63,871 nt of DNA, taken from Bacilli bacterium. GTDB taxonomy: Bacteria > Bacillota_I > Bacilli_A > ML615J-28 > CAG-313. The position numbers and the translations under genes are program-made. Location of the stretch: positions 1-63,871 of the forward strand of contig JAZKYN010000136.1 in the NCBI GenBank assembly GCA_045612145.1, given 5' to 3'. The notes beneath the pieces were generated by a model. It did no database searches. It was not told the origin of the DNA and was given only the letters and a program-made list of their open reading frames with translations. Positions 44,001 to 51,138 of the stretch are shown in pieces (within the stretch, counting starts at the first letter, position 1; the number at the start of each line of letters is the position of its first letter).

Positions 44001-44322
44001 TAACAACTGTATCATATGCGATTGCTTTATTAGCAACATATGCTTTTACCACAGTTTGACCAACGCTTACACCAGTAACTTTTGCGTCACTATAAGAAGC
44101 GATTAAATCATTTTGTGAAACGTAAACAAGATCTACTTGTCCAGCAGCTTCACCTTTGTTTACTGTTGGAACTACATCGATAGTTTCACCAACAACGATT
44201 ACATATTCATCAGTATCAAACTTAACTTCAACGTAATCATTAACTTTTGTACAGCTAGCGATACTAACTAGTAAACCAACAATAGTTAATAATAAGAAAA
44301 ATCTTTTTCTAATGTTTAACAT
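32011..44322 (-). CDS. giant (4103 aa) surface lipoprotein. In order: 2 Ig-like domains, 19 Listeria-Bacteroides repeats (9 with a nested helical module), 2 beta-helix modules, 2 more Ig-like domains and a C-terminal Amidase_2-like domain.
   Basis: Uninterrupted 12.3-kb ORF with GGAGA 5 nt before the ATG. Signal peptide with lipobox IASC (Cys24). Recurrent G(Y/x)xFxGW(Y/F)...L(Y/x)AKW repeats. Beta-helix N-caps DGDTIKIAAGTYT and DGDKIILMAGTYA. Amidase motifs VTVHYTGN, AFHAGD, NSIGIE and KNCP. Confidence 0.95.
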   Translation of the reverse strand: MLNIRKRFFLLLTIVGLLVSIASCTKVNDYVEVKFDTDEYVIVVGETIDVVPTVNKGEAAGQVDLVYVSQNDLIASYSDAKVTGVSVGQTVVKAYVANKAIAYDTVVITVIQDRLPEMEFVGAEGSILKGKTSQVECTFTPAEAEENVKLTYASSNPEVAAIDENGLITTLKAGKVTITVVAENLLYEEEYRTYKFELEVLESDFTVNYVLDGGTNAATNPAGYNVFNLPIALAEATKEGYTFAGWYDNAAFTGEALTEIPADAREDLTLYAKWDIITYTVSYDLAGGEGAETNPTAYTVVDAPVTLVAPTKHGYNFLGWYAGENKVEKLTIGNVELVAKWELAEYTISYNLNGGDWSLNPGDLYEYGKDRAAMVDDFLNDAMAWAGKTNKPTCMVDDSGDAYGFANVFSAIYGFFSDAKYAAKWAWLKDYIIESTEGGSKDSLISGSEAFWRYSLGAFLFEDCRASWPKSADFTNDELANGFWDQLLNFELVNTFTVNTETFELPVAYKLGEKFLGWYDADGNKVEKIEKGSAGDIELTAKFELDQYTITYNYNGGLLSNYLYSSREELVADFLNDYNTARGKSHTAATFSALGSWSEISDASLFLYNAEYRTKWAWLVDYITSVAGSANKKAWENFNKYNSQSELNAANSNYIYSIAYELRGFVGAIQYSKNKNYVTADYSLDAIGNGFWDLVKKPGAVDPVTSFIYTDGEITLPVPAKAGNEFLGWYLNGEKVETINALIAKDVVLEAKWSHDPIAVEYVLNEGVLPEGAATSFTYAEGLATLPVPTKLGYTFLGWYSDAACTEKVEAIEAGLLESVKLYAAWELTVYEITYELNGGQFVRDEVAELYDSFDAFVAEFINDYATLTGVADVTAANFYGKSVKYGLYSFFNNAEMAAKWGWVLEYVAEYAAEAGYTGKAYLSLTAGAANFNKYARSNFAALLQETMLTSVSPVSLNFKEVDGEAFWAACPNKDIQVGTEAVNEYTINDLPVALATPNKKDATFVGWYTNSDLKNGKVEAISLDLIGDITLYARWSDSVIAFDTYAINYELNGGALEAGAPTSYVEETGVALSKGATRSGYEFKGWFLDAACTVAVTEFTALDKGEKTVYAAWEAIEYSIKYNAGEGTLPTITIQVGDYADWAALVADFVVDFNKHSGKVVKSDGSDFFARSYMGDGSSAGYNFLTSAEYGAKWNGLLVIINEARVARGAAELTKDDGQAEARGELQNLLTRSSKDAGVTAGYGSDYTSEEVWGKVWDHFELIHEEVVLAPTTYTVEDLPYTLAIPGAPAGQEFAGWYTNAELTGEAIYELPLGTTGDIELWAKYISERFEITYELNGGTNSDSNPDKYSKLDEIILCDPLREGYTFTGWELNGEKIDKIPAGTSGALTLVATWKVNEYKIYFDYNDGTEYSEPLTLDEFAEELVKDFNSTGASDAKVTTKEDFKATSHPNIKYVFNKAEMLEKYHWVFVFALEEIKAAAKANGTTSEARYTNTVAMLEGLIAGNTATIGGDYAEGRTAFRFWLEGLMNQKIVGNKDYPFMTDFSVAENLQKFYDVQEGGASMPSQVLEHGAKLPAIEREHYVFVGWFDGETQVETATYEATLVAKWEAAKYNVALDAQGGALNVEGMDLDAFAEELVKDFNSTGASDAKVTTKEDFKATSHPNIKYVFDKAEMLEKYHWVFVLALEEIKAAAKANGTTSEARYTNTVEMLEGLIAGNTATIGGSYAEGRTAFRFWLEGLMNKKIVGNSDYPFMTDFSVAENMERFEAALAAQNSVFKLSVEDKLPTPVRTGYIFLGWFDGDDKVEKVSGDASLTAKWEIIKFEIQYDLNEGSWLEGTEGPTSFEYGQEVVIPEPVKEGYEFLGWTQLGEYVNKIGNENYKLTAKWKEIGQTGYEVIFDLNGGQFEKNLDQFAEELVKDFNSTGASDAVVTTRESFKSTSHPNIKYVFNNTEMLEKYHWLFVFALEEIKAAGEANGVTESARYTNTVEMLEGLIAGNTATIGGSYAEGRTAFRFWLEGLMNHKIVGNGDYPFMLDFSNEYNMEKFTNVYCPVQRTVEPNEELPVAVKENYIFLGWYLDGVKVQNATGDDVLVAEWIHIDDYEWTVEFELDGGHWEGQDLNSFAEELLKDFNSTGKSDAKVTTKENFKGTSHPNIKYVWSNAEMLAKYKWFFEFAKVEMQAAAAANNFLGNEYYTDLFKMLDGMIAGDVNAVNINDGGNARTIFRYWIQGLINENLAPAEKGMYDGYMVDYSVAENIARFNALLGDMDNTYCAKDALPTPVKEGHLFLGWYIGEDLVTAVRSNCTLTAKWVDTATLKYTISYDVAEGILPEGAKVEFGYNEAVVLPIPTREGYKFLGWYEGETLVEKLENRDYELVAKWEAETAKAINYVLDGGKLPEGAPKDYLLGVGLATLPTPTKAGYEFLGWFADEACTQAITSIAADCEEDVTLYAAWNKLDVPAKELVVDANNPDAYATFEEALEAAVDGDTIKIAAGTYTTINITKSVTILGANAGVNPNQVERTNETVFTGDVVISANDVTIDGIKLTENGRIKGNDNGVANPTITNVVIQDSLTNPETWSTNAPLFFYTYTAGAVYENIVISNIKQTDVTNGRPMIFFGGQIDGLTIKNSNFNVSRKNYNDAIKITTDDADAHKGEFGIKGDVKIIGNHFENFAQYVIWFINYQEGNYEIVNNTFLNNGQTAGSHCAVRMGTYSGAADGKSPVNFAYNTVDNSYSLYRSDANANRNAETQPVTVNYNKLLNCSATYFINNACAYNIDARYNFYDVAVLASSFLNATYDPYYANEDEVPQYVDKENSYKITYELNGGEVENAPEYYSSELGLAKLPTPTKDKYVFLGWTLNGQIVESLAIGQTGDVTLVATWKEDALYVGEGLDYATLAEALAAAKDGDKIILMAGTYAEDVEIKVPNLTIAGPNQYVNPNSGVREAEAVLTGAVKIAAAAKNLKLVGLAFTGDAKISGGQVVNFTFENNYVHDTTKAANAWVETNTYTYGFMYLNGGSSSTQVLNLAIFNNKFENVSDTNVNLAYVQNVSFDGNVFKNFERDAIRFNHGGYNNGILSFTNNEFLQDTLGGYNGIYFRIYGGGNINDTTIDIKGNKFVNIGTKDAGLYSGAISARNYQEKGATINIENNHFEGCLNYIRLRNNGTAANHASSTWVVNVLNNKFIGLPDAYYFASRNGTSGDNDSTAPINTIFGANYYEDNDGNAITDLETLNKYFIDVKTKGTILGSEPTLPEVETVEFWVITYDLNGGSTRDSFTYNYNSLNNAVIALPSLTKANHQFNGWLLNGELVIEIPANSKGNLELVADFTVLEGEIYNVEFVTNKDNALWPSRAAYDRFEIYDALYADLYEWAQGNGETKSFEDYKAYIDGQLAAYTDIKLRNTELGNYPAEDGSTEYFLNVPKYYQKWSDFFVVFAEAMKGVNADQNFYTDTYATMVRMHQFLQWTSTGEGYYKSFLPKMCSAAKIPQEIPTSYRGGQIVVLPALHMENGLEFLGWYDNAEFNGEPVTQIVSTDTGDKTFYAKWAEEVKPTTIEINKVTELLLFTTHQLVWSIAPDNATDKSVEFFSSNEEVATVSNKGLITALANGTTTITVKVYGNREIDVVFDLTVYTEDYIDGSYATNSYVEKDDSIQLNAQVVRKDGTNANVLWTSLTPEIATVDANGVVTALKAGEAKIVATDPDNETLTLEFVVVVLEEALEGILELVVESNNSNVFTRYNLNIGGAYSMDIFGSVSKLLSNYKLTISDKYYAKTQETAYNGGEMSSVEWVTVHYTGNMASGADAAANANYFSTTNAASIHYTTGNDGIFYCTDEKYVAFHAGDSGSRAQVGDFKWMETGIEVLANDPAEPVITISDDFYFEINGKKTTIPMPKPWNYSSRGTDHILNADGTISSQPAFAQSGFANRTPESFINDMGLPWKVENGKYYMGTTWWCYTQVYEGRICSSGGNYNSIGIESCVNKGSDLWYTWQITAQLVADIMIRNDLDMTRVKGHHFFSGKNCPQPMLENDCEIWREFLQLVESEYTMMTEFEGYEVSMKSNNTDIVADNGRVVKQPSETTCVTYTVTITKDGQTQTITLASMVKGLYVGR
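32260..32990 (-). other. C-terminal N-acetylmuramoyl-L-alanine amidase (Amidase_2/PGRP-like) domain with an internal insertion
   Basis: Motif order is EWVTVHYTGN ... SIHYTT ... YVAFHAGD [about 120 aa] NYNSIGIESC ... VKGHHFFSGKNCPQP. In T7 lysozyme and CwlA, as I recall them, the HxGD and NSIG(V/I)E motifs are only about 10 residues apart. Confidence 0.7.
33200..33700 (-). other. two Big_2-like Ig domains preceding the amidase
   Basis: SIAPDNATDKSVEFFSSNEEVATVSNKGLITALANGTTTITV and LWTSLTPEIATVDANGVVTALKAGEAKIVA are typical Big_2 signatures. Confidence 0.65.
33930..34266 (-). repeat. helical-module copy 9 (distal, diverged), nested in the repeat after beta-helix 2
   Basis: Encodes RFEIYDALYADLYEWAQGNGETKSFEDYKAY...PKYYQKWSDFFVVFAEAMKG...MVRMHQFLQW. 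It lies between a YNVEF strand and LPALHMENGLEFLGWYDN. Confidence 0.6.
34620..35690 (-). other. right-handed parallel beta-helix module 2
   Basis: N-cap YATLAEALAAAKDGDKIILMAGTYAEDVEIKVPNLTIAGPNQYVNPN, followed by Asn/Gly-rich coils of about 22-25 aa (NNYV, NNKFENV, DGNVFKNF, NNEF, GNKFVNI, NNHFEGC, NNKFIG). Confidence 0.65.
35930..36950 (-). other. right-handed parallel beta-helix module 1
   Basis: N-cap YATFEEALEAAVDGDTIKIAAGTYTTINITKSVTILGANAGVNPN, followed by repetitive coils (ANDVTIDGI, ITNVVIQDS, YENIVISNI, GLTIKNSNF, IIGNHFENF, VNNTFLNN). Confidence 0.65.
37540..37962 (-). repeat. helical-module copy 8 (more diverged)
   Basis: Encodes NSFAEELLKDFNSTGKSDAKVTTKENFKGTSHPNIKYVWSNAEMLAKYKWFFEFAKVEMQ...YSVAENIARF. 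Confidence 0.8.
38180..38592 (-). repeat. helical-module copy 7
   Basis: Encodes DQFAEELVKDFNSTGASDAVVTTRESFKSTSHPNIKYVFNNTEMLEKYHWLFVFALEEIKAAGEANG...FSNEYNMEKF. Confidence 0.85.
39010..39429 (-). repeat. helical-module copy 6
   Basis: Encodes DAFAEELVKDFNSTGASDAKV...FSVAENMERF. My by-eye alignment to copy 5 shows about 30 mismatches in about 395 nt. Confidence 0.85.
39650..40068 (-). repeat. helical-module copy 5 (first of four recent copies)
   Basis: Encodes DEFAEELVKDFNSTGASDAKVTTKEDFKATSHPNIKYVFNKAEMLEKYHWVFVFALEEIKAAAKANG...FSVAENLQKF. Confidence 0.85.
44251..44322 (-). other. lipoprotein signal peptide of the 4103-aa protein
   Basis: MLNIRKRFFLLLTIVGLLVSIASC has a basic n-region, a hydrophobic core and the lipobox I-A-S-C, with Cys at residue 24. 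Confidence 0.8.
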
Positions 44323-44354
44323 GTTATTCTCCTTTTCGTTTGAATTTACACTTT

Positions 44355-44383
44355 ATTATAGCACTTTTGTAAAAAACTAGCAA
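44355..44383 (-). promoter_or_regulatory. sigma-A type promoter of the 4103-aa gene
   Basis: On the minus strand, TTGCTA (44378-44383), a 17-nt spacer, then TATAAT (44355-44360), about 35 nt upstream of the ATG. Confidence 0.55.
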
Positions 44384-44528
44384 GCGTTTTCATTATATTT
44401 TTAGTATATTCTTTAAACTTTAGTTTAAAAAACGACATTTTTTATTTTCTTAGTATGTTAAATAAAACTATAACAGTCATTTTTTCGTTAAAAAATCCAC
44501 GCAATTTTTTCCTCTTTAAACATCAAAT

Positions 44529-44552
44529 AAAGGAAGTTTAAAAACTTCCTTT
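44529..44552 (-). terminator. second hairpin in the spacer between the two large genes
   Basis: AAAGGAAGTT-TAAA-AACTTCCTTT, with T-rich flanks on both strands. It may act as a back-up terminator. Confidence 0.4.
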
Positions 44553-44609
44553 ATTTCGCCTTTTGACAATTTATTATATCATTATTATTTTTTTAGACAA
44601 GACATATAC

Positions 44610-44637
44610 GAAAAAATAGCAGGTAAAACCTGCTATT
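44610..44637 (-). terminator. rho-independent terminator of the 910-aa gene
   Basis: ATAGCAGG-TAAAA-CCTGCTAT hairpin 4 nt below the stop (44641-44643), followed on the minus strand by a T6 run. Confidence 0.75.
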
Positions 44638-44640
44638 TTA

Positions 44641-47373
44641 TTATCTAAAGAATTCTACATTATCAATAGCTATACGAGCATTTTGATTAGATGTATAAGT
44701 ACTTGAAGCTTCAGTGTAAATTCTTACAAATTTAGCATCAACTAAATCTACAACAATTTCAGTATATTTAGTAGCATCAATTTTGCTAGCTGATCCTAAA
44801 TCTACTGATGTCCAAGTTTTTCCATCTGTAGAATATTGTACTTCAAATTTTTTGATTTTTGAGGCATGCGAACTCTTATCACTTGAACTCCACCAAGATA
44901 CATCAAATTTAATTCTTGACACTGCTTCATTAAATTTAAATTCAAAGAATGAATTTTTTGTACTATTATTTTTTCTTGTAGGGCAAAGAACACCAAAAGA
45001 TCCAGTATTTTTATGAGGAGCATTTGTAGAATTTGTAATTTGAGCTTGATGACCAGTAATTGTAACACTCTTTCCTGATAATTCTTCTTTAACTGATAGT
45101 GATTTATTATTTGTATAACCAGTTAAATTTAAGCTACCAAATGTATATTGTTCACATAATTCAGGTTCTGAAACATAAACATACTCAATTGAAGCAACAT
45201 AAACTGTATAACTTGGCATATTATGAGAAATACTAACATATGTATAATGTTGTGTATCTGGATAAATTTCATAAACAGCTTGACCACTAACTGTAGACAT
45301 AGTTGTTGCGTAATCACTATATGAATTATCTGTACCAAATTCAATTAATAATGCATCTTTATTATTATATCCAGTTCTTCCAGTTGTTAATGTAATTATA
45401 ACTTTTTCTAATTTTTTAGTAAATGCTGTCGCATTAGCAATTGAAGAATGAATATTATTTTTATATCTCATTTGGATATCATCGTTATTATATTTACCAA
45501 GTTGGATGTAATCAAATTTAACACCTGTAATAACTTTTGAACCGTCAGCATAATTTCCTAATCCTAATGCTTCATCGGTAACAACAACAGATTTAACATC
45601 TTCAGGATCTTTAGCAACAATAACAATTTCGTATACTTTAGTTGCAACAGCTTTGTTATATTTGCAAGTACCAACTAATTTGATTACAGCATCACCATCA
45701 AAATTTTCTGGGCGAGTAACTTTTAATACACCGTTTTCGATTTTTGCATTTTCATAATCTTCTGCAAGAGCAAATGTTACATTTTCAACTTGTGGAAGTT
45801 TGTAATCTTCTACTAAATTCTTTTCAATTGAAATATTTTCTAATACTTCTTCACCTCTCATCTCATCTGTTACTAATACTTCTTCATATAAGTGAGAAAT
45901 ATAGTTAGTTGAGCTTGATAAGTAACTTGAGTAACTAGCACTAAATGTTGTATAAGAATTATATGTACCTAAGAATAAAGTATCACTTCCAAGTTTTGCA
46001 GTGAATGTATTGTATTGTTCATTATATTGCCATACAGTTGAAGGACTAGCGTTAAATTTAATGTTATTGTATGATCCACTCTTTTCTAAACAAATATATT
46101 TAACTGATCCATTTTTTAAAGTTAATTTTAAGTAATATCCACCAGTAGTTTCAACAACGTTAAGTTTAGCAGCACTTGCAAAACTTGTTGTAGTTGCACC
46201 ATAGTAACCACTTAATGTACCAGTCATGTATAATGTTTGTTTTTTGTTACCTTGATACATACCTAAAACATAATCTTTTGATGTATCAAATGTTTCAGCA
46301 ACTCTAATTTTAAATTCACCAAATACTGGTTTAAGAGTTAAATCACCACTTGTACCATATCCAATTTCTGTGATTAACGCATCTAATTCTTCATTTGCTT
46401 CACCATTTTCATCAATGATTGCCCATCCTAAGAATCTCCATCCAGTTTGAGTTGCTTTACGTGTTGGTAAATCAAATTCATCAAAATATGTATATTCTAC
46501 TGTTTCTTCAGTATCTGTATAAGTAATAGTATATTTAGCGATTTCCCATTTAGCATAGAATAAATAATCATGTGCATTTGAAGTATCAACAGTTTCAACT
46601 GCATTACCAGCTAAATTTTTATTTCCATACCATCCTAAGAAATTATAACCAGTTTTAACAGGAGTTGGAAGAGTAATAACTTCTTCGCCAGCTCTAAATT
46701 GATTTTCAAATTCTTCTTCTAATTCTCCACCTTCTAAGTTAAGTGTAATATTATAAATATTAAGTACTTTATATTCAAATTTATATTCTAGATATTGATC
46801 AGTATTTTTCTTATCAACAATTTTTGCAGTAAATACAACTTTACCTTTTGCTAAAGCAGTAATGTTACCTTCAGCATCAATAGTTGCAACTTTTTCATTT
46901 GAACTTGAAAATTGCATTTCAACATTTGGATTTTGATGAGAATATTCATAAACTAATTTATTTTCATCACCAATATATAAATTTCCTTCTAAGCCTGCAG
47001 GACCTTCAACATCAAATGTTGCTTCAGGCATATCAATAATTTCATATACATCAATTTCAGCTGTAGCTGCGATATATTTTTTTCCTTCGATCCATACTTT
47101 AACAGTTGTTGAGCCTACGCCTACTGCAGTTAATTCTCCTTCATTACATTCAACAACAGTATCATCTTCAACATCCCATTGGAATTTATAATTTGTTTCA
47201 CCAGCATTTTTTAAAATAGGTTCAAGTGTTAAATTATCTCCTAATTCTAAATCATAGCTAGTTTTCTCAAAATCTAATTGTATAGAATTTGAAATGTCTC
47301 CACAACTTGCAAGTGTAAATGCAAAAGCAAATACTGCAATTAATAAAAACAATCTAATATAATTTTTTTTCAT
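44641..47373 (-). CDS. 910-aa surface lipoprotein. In order: 2 Ig-like domains, 2 Listeria-Bacteroides repeats, an unassigned central region and C-terminal jelly-roll (discoidin/CBM-like) modules.
   Basis: Signal peptide MKKNYIRLFLLIAVFAFAFTLASC (lipobox LASC, Cys24). Big_2-like VATIDAEGNITALAKGKVVFTA. Repeats GYNFLGWYGN...LFYAKW and GWRFLGWAII...LKPVFG. The C-terminus is KKFEVQYSTDGKTWTSV...AKFVRIY...IAIDNVEFF. Confidence 0.9.
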   Translation of the reverse strand: MKKNYIRLFLLIAVFAFAFTLASCGDISNSIQLDFEKTSYDLELGDNLTLEPILKNAGETNYKFQWDVEDDTVVECNEGELTAVGVGSTTVKVWIEGKKYIAATAEIDVYEIIDMPEATFDVEGPAGLEGNLYIGDENKLVYEYSHQNPNVEMQFSSSNEKVATIDAEGNITALAKGKVVFTAKIVDKKNTDQYLEYKFEYKVLNIYNITLNLEGGELEEEFENQFRAGEEVITLPTPVKTGYNFLGWYGNKNLAGNAVETVDTSNAHDYLFYAKWEIAKYTITYTDTEETVEYTYFDEFDLPTRKATQTGWRFLGWAIIDENGEANEELDALITEIGYGTSGDLTLKPVFGEFKIRVAETFDTSKDYVLGMYQGNKKQTLYMTGTLSGYYGATTTSFASAAKLNVVETTGGYYLKLTLKNGSVKYICLEKSGSYNNIKFNASPSTVWQYNEQYNTFTAKLGSDTLFLGTYNSYTTFSASYSSYLSSSTNYISHLYEEVLVTDEMRGEEVLENISIEKNLVEDYKLPQVENVTFALAEDYENAKIENGVLKVTRPENFDGDAVIKLVGTCKYNKAVATKVYEIVIVAKDPEDVKSVVVTDEALGLGNYADGSKVITGVKFDYIQLGKYNNDDIQMRYKNNIHSSIANATAFTKKLEKVIITLTTGRTGYNNKDALLIEFGTDNSYSDYATTMSTVSGQAVYEIYPDTQHYTYVSISHNMPSYTVYVASIEYVYVSEPELCEQYTFGSLNLTGYTNNKSLSVKEELSGKSVTITGHQAQITNSTNAPHKNTGSFGVLCPTRKNNSTKNSFFEFKFNEAVSRIKFDVSWWSSSDKSSHASKIKKFEVQYSTDGKTWTSVDLGSASKIDATKYTEIVVDLVDAKFVRIYTEASSTYTSNQNARIAIDNVEFFR
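44644..45100 (-). other. C-terminal discoidin/CBM-like beta-sandwich of the 910-aa protein
   Basis: The pattern IKKFEVQYSTDGKTWTSV ... YTEIVVDLVDAKFVRIYT ... ARIAIDNVEF resembles F5/8 type C carbohydrate-binding modules. Confidence 0.5.
46330..46775 (-). repeat. two Listeria-Bacteroides repeats in the 910-aa protein
   Basis: YNITLNLEGG...LPTPVKTGYNFLGWYGN...LFYAKWEIAKYTITY...LPTRKATQTGWRFLGWAI...LTLKPVFG. Confidence 0.7.
47302..47373 (-). other. lipoprotein signal peptide of the 910-aa protein
   Basis: Lipobox L-A-S-C with Cys at residue 24, the same position as in the 4103-aa protein. Confidence 0.8.
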
Positions 47374-47430
47374 ACGTATCTCCTTTGTTTTTTCATAAAG
47401 GTATTCGTTTTTATTTTATACCCATCACAT

Positions 47431-47459
47431 ATTTTACCATAATTATATTTTTTTGTAAA
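47431..47459 (-). promoter_or_regulatory. sigma-A type promoter of the 910-aa gene
   Basis: On the minus strand, TTTACA (47454-47459), a 17-nt spacer, then TGgTAAAAT (TAAAAT at 47431-47436). Confidence 0.5.
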
Positions 47460-47491
47460 CAATTTGAATAAAATTAAAATATTTTTTGTAC

Positions 47492-47527
47492 AAAAAGAAA
47501 AAAACAAAGTAGATTTTAACTACTTTG
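47492..47527 (-). terminator. rho-independent terminator of the dnaK operon
   Basis: CAAAGTAG-ATTTTAA-CTACTTTG hairpin spanning the dnaJ stop (TAG, 47520-47522), followed on the minus strand by TTTTTTTCTTTTT. Confidence 0.7.
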
Positions 47528-48641
47528 CTTTTGTATTTTTATTTATAAACTTCTTGATTTTCTCAAAAATGTTATTATCTTTAGTTTCATCAGTTTTAGA
47601 TAACTCAGCAAAAATTTCCTTTTGTTTAGATGTTAAAATAGTTGGTGTAACAACAGTTACAGTTACTATTTGATCACCTTTTCTTCCATTAATTTTGTTA
47701 TCTATCCCTTTACCTGAAAGTTTTAATTTCGTTCCGCTTTGGATACCAGCTTGAATTTTTAAATTAACTGGTCCGTGCAATGTATTAATTTCAATGTTTG
47801 TCCCTAACGCTGCTTGGCTGAATGTGATTGGTAAATCAATAAGAATGTTATTTCCATCTCTTACAAAAACTTCATGTTTTTTAACATTAACGTGAATTAA
47901 TAAATCACCACTTGGTCCACCTTTTGTTCCAGCATTACCTTCACCTGCAAGTCTGATTGTTTGATCATCATTAATACCTGCGGGAATTTTAACATTAAGC
48001 GTTTTTGACTTTCTTGTTCTTCCGCCTCCGCTACATTCAGGGCAAACTTTCTTAATTTTCTTACCAGTACCATTACATTCTGGACATGTAGATTCACTTC
48101 TCATTACACCTAAAATAGTGTGTTGTTGAACAAAAACTGTACCTCTACCACTACATCTATTACATGTTGTGATATCGCTTTTTGATTCTGCACCACTACC
48201 TCCACACTTTGAGCAAGTATCTAGTTTAGTAACATTTATCTTTTTATCAACACCAAATGCAGCTTCTTCAAAAGTAATTGACACATCAACTCTGATATCA
48301 TCCCCTCGTTTTGCGGCAGATCTTGTACGTGATGAACCACCAAATCCACCACCAAAAAAGCTACTAAAGATATCTTCAAACCCAAATCCTGCTCCACCAG
48401 CTCCACCAGTGAATCCATTCATATCATCTGTGCCAAATCTATCATAATTTGCTTTTTTATCAGGATCACTTAAACAATCATATGCTCCTTGTATCTCGGC
48501 AAATTTTTCTGTAGCATTCGGATCACTAGAAACGTCTGGATGGTATTTTTTTGCAAGGCTTCTGTAGGCCTTTTTTATTTCTTCTTGAGAGGCATCTCGC
48601 GATACCCCCAAGACTTCATAGTAATCTCTCTTAGTTGCCAT
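47520..48641 (-). CDS. dnaJ: molecular chaperone DnaJ
   Basis: 373 aa with a J domain containing HPD (KKYHPDV), a G/F-rich linker and four CxxCxGxG zinc motifs. Confidence 0.97.
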   Translation of the reverse strand: MATKRDYYEVLGVSRDASQEEIKKAYRSLAKKYHPDVSSDPNATEKFAEIQGAYDCLSDPDKKANYDRFGTDDMNGFTGGAGGAGFGFEDIFSSFFGGGFGGSSRTRSAAKRGDDIRVDVSITFEEAAFGVDKKINVTKLDTCSKCGGSGAESKSDITTCNRCSGRGTVFVQQHTILGVMRSESTCPECNGTGKKIKKVCPECSGGGRTRKSKTLNVKIPAGINDDQTIRLAGEGNAGTKGGPSGDLLIHVNVKKHEVFVRDGNNILIDLPITFSQAALGTNIEINTLHGPVNLKIQAGIQSGTKLKLSGKGIDNKINGRKGDQIVTVTVVTPTILTSKQKEIFAELSKTDETKDNNIFEKIKKFINKNTKAK

Positions 48642-48674
48642 AAAAGGCCCCTTTCTCTTCTATTAATTTATTTA

Positions 48675-50513
<1,839 letters not shown>

Positions 50514-50526
50514 TTATATTAAAATT

Positions 50527-51138
50527 TTATTTACTTACTTTAACGACACTTGGTCTTAAAATTCTGTCTTTATACATGTAACCTTCTGTAATTACAGCTA
50601 CTACTGTATCAGACTCAACACCTTCAGCTTCCACAACCTCGAAAGCTTCATGGTACATTGGATCAAATGGTTTATTTAATGCTTCAATTTTAGTAACACC
50701 ATAACTTTCAAGTGTTCTTTTCATTTGCATATTTACCATTGCAAATCCTTTTAAAAATTTTTGAAGTTTTTCATCTTCAGTTTTTACGCTTACTGCTTTA
50801 TCAAATACATCAATTACATCAATTACTTCGCTAAAGTAATCTTGCATTGCATATTTTCTTTCTTTAATTCTTTCTTCATTAGTTCTTTTTTTGAAATTTT
50901 CAAGCTCGGCTTGATTTCTTAAAAGTTGATCTTGTAAATAAACAATTTTGTTTTGTAATTCATCGTTTAATTCTTCAAGTTCTTTAATTCTTTGTTTTGA
51001 TTTTTTAGAACCTTTTACAGGTTCTTCTTGAACAGCTTCATCTAATTCTTCCCTAACTTCTTCTTTGATTGGCTCTTCTACATTTGTATTTAATTCTTTT
51101 TCTTCTTCGCGATAACGATTATTTTCCATAAATTCCAC
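50527..51138 (-). CDS. grpE: nucleotide exchange factor GrpE
   Basis: 203 aa with an acidic N-terminus, a coiled coil (LRNQAELENFKKR) and a C-terminal beta domain (ILRPSVVKV). It lies between hrcA and dnaK. Confidence 0.93.
   Translation of the reverse strand: MEFMENNRYREEEKELNTNVEEPIKEEVREELDEAVQEEPVKGSKKSKQRIKELEELNDELQNKIVYLQDQLLRNQAELENFKKRTNEERIKERKYAMQDYFSEVIDVIDVFDKAVSVKTEDEKLQKFLKGFAMVNMQMKRTLESYGVTKIEALNKPFDPMYHEAFEVVEAEGVESDTVVAVITEGYMYKDRILRPSVVKVSK

Noticed and set aside
44323-44640. Possible small RNA or small ORF in the 318-nt spacer between the two large genes
   Set aside because: The region is A/T-rich. It contains only the upstream gene's terminator, a second simple hairpin and the downstream promoter. 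I saw no conserved-looking structured core and no ORF with a ribosome-binding site. It cannot be excluded without expression data.
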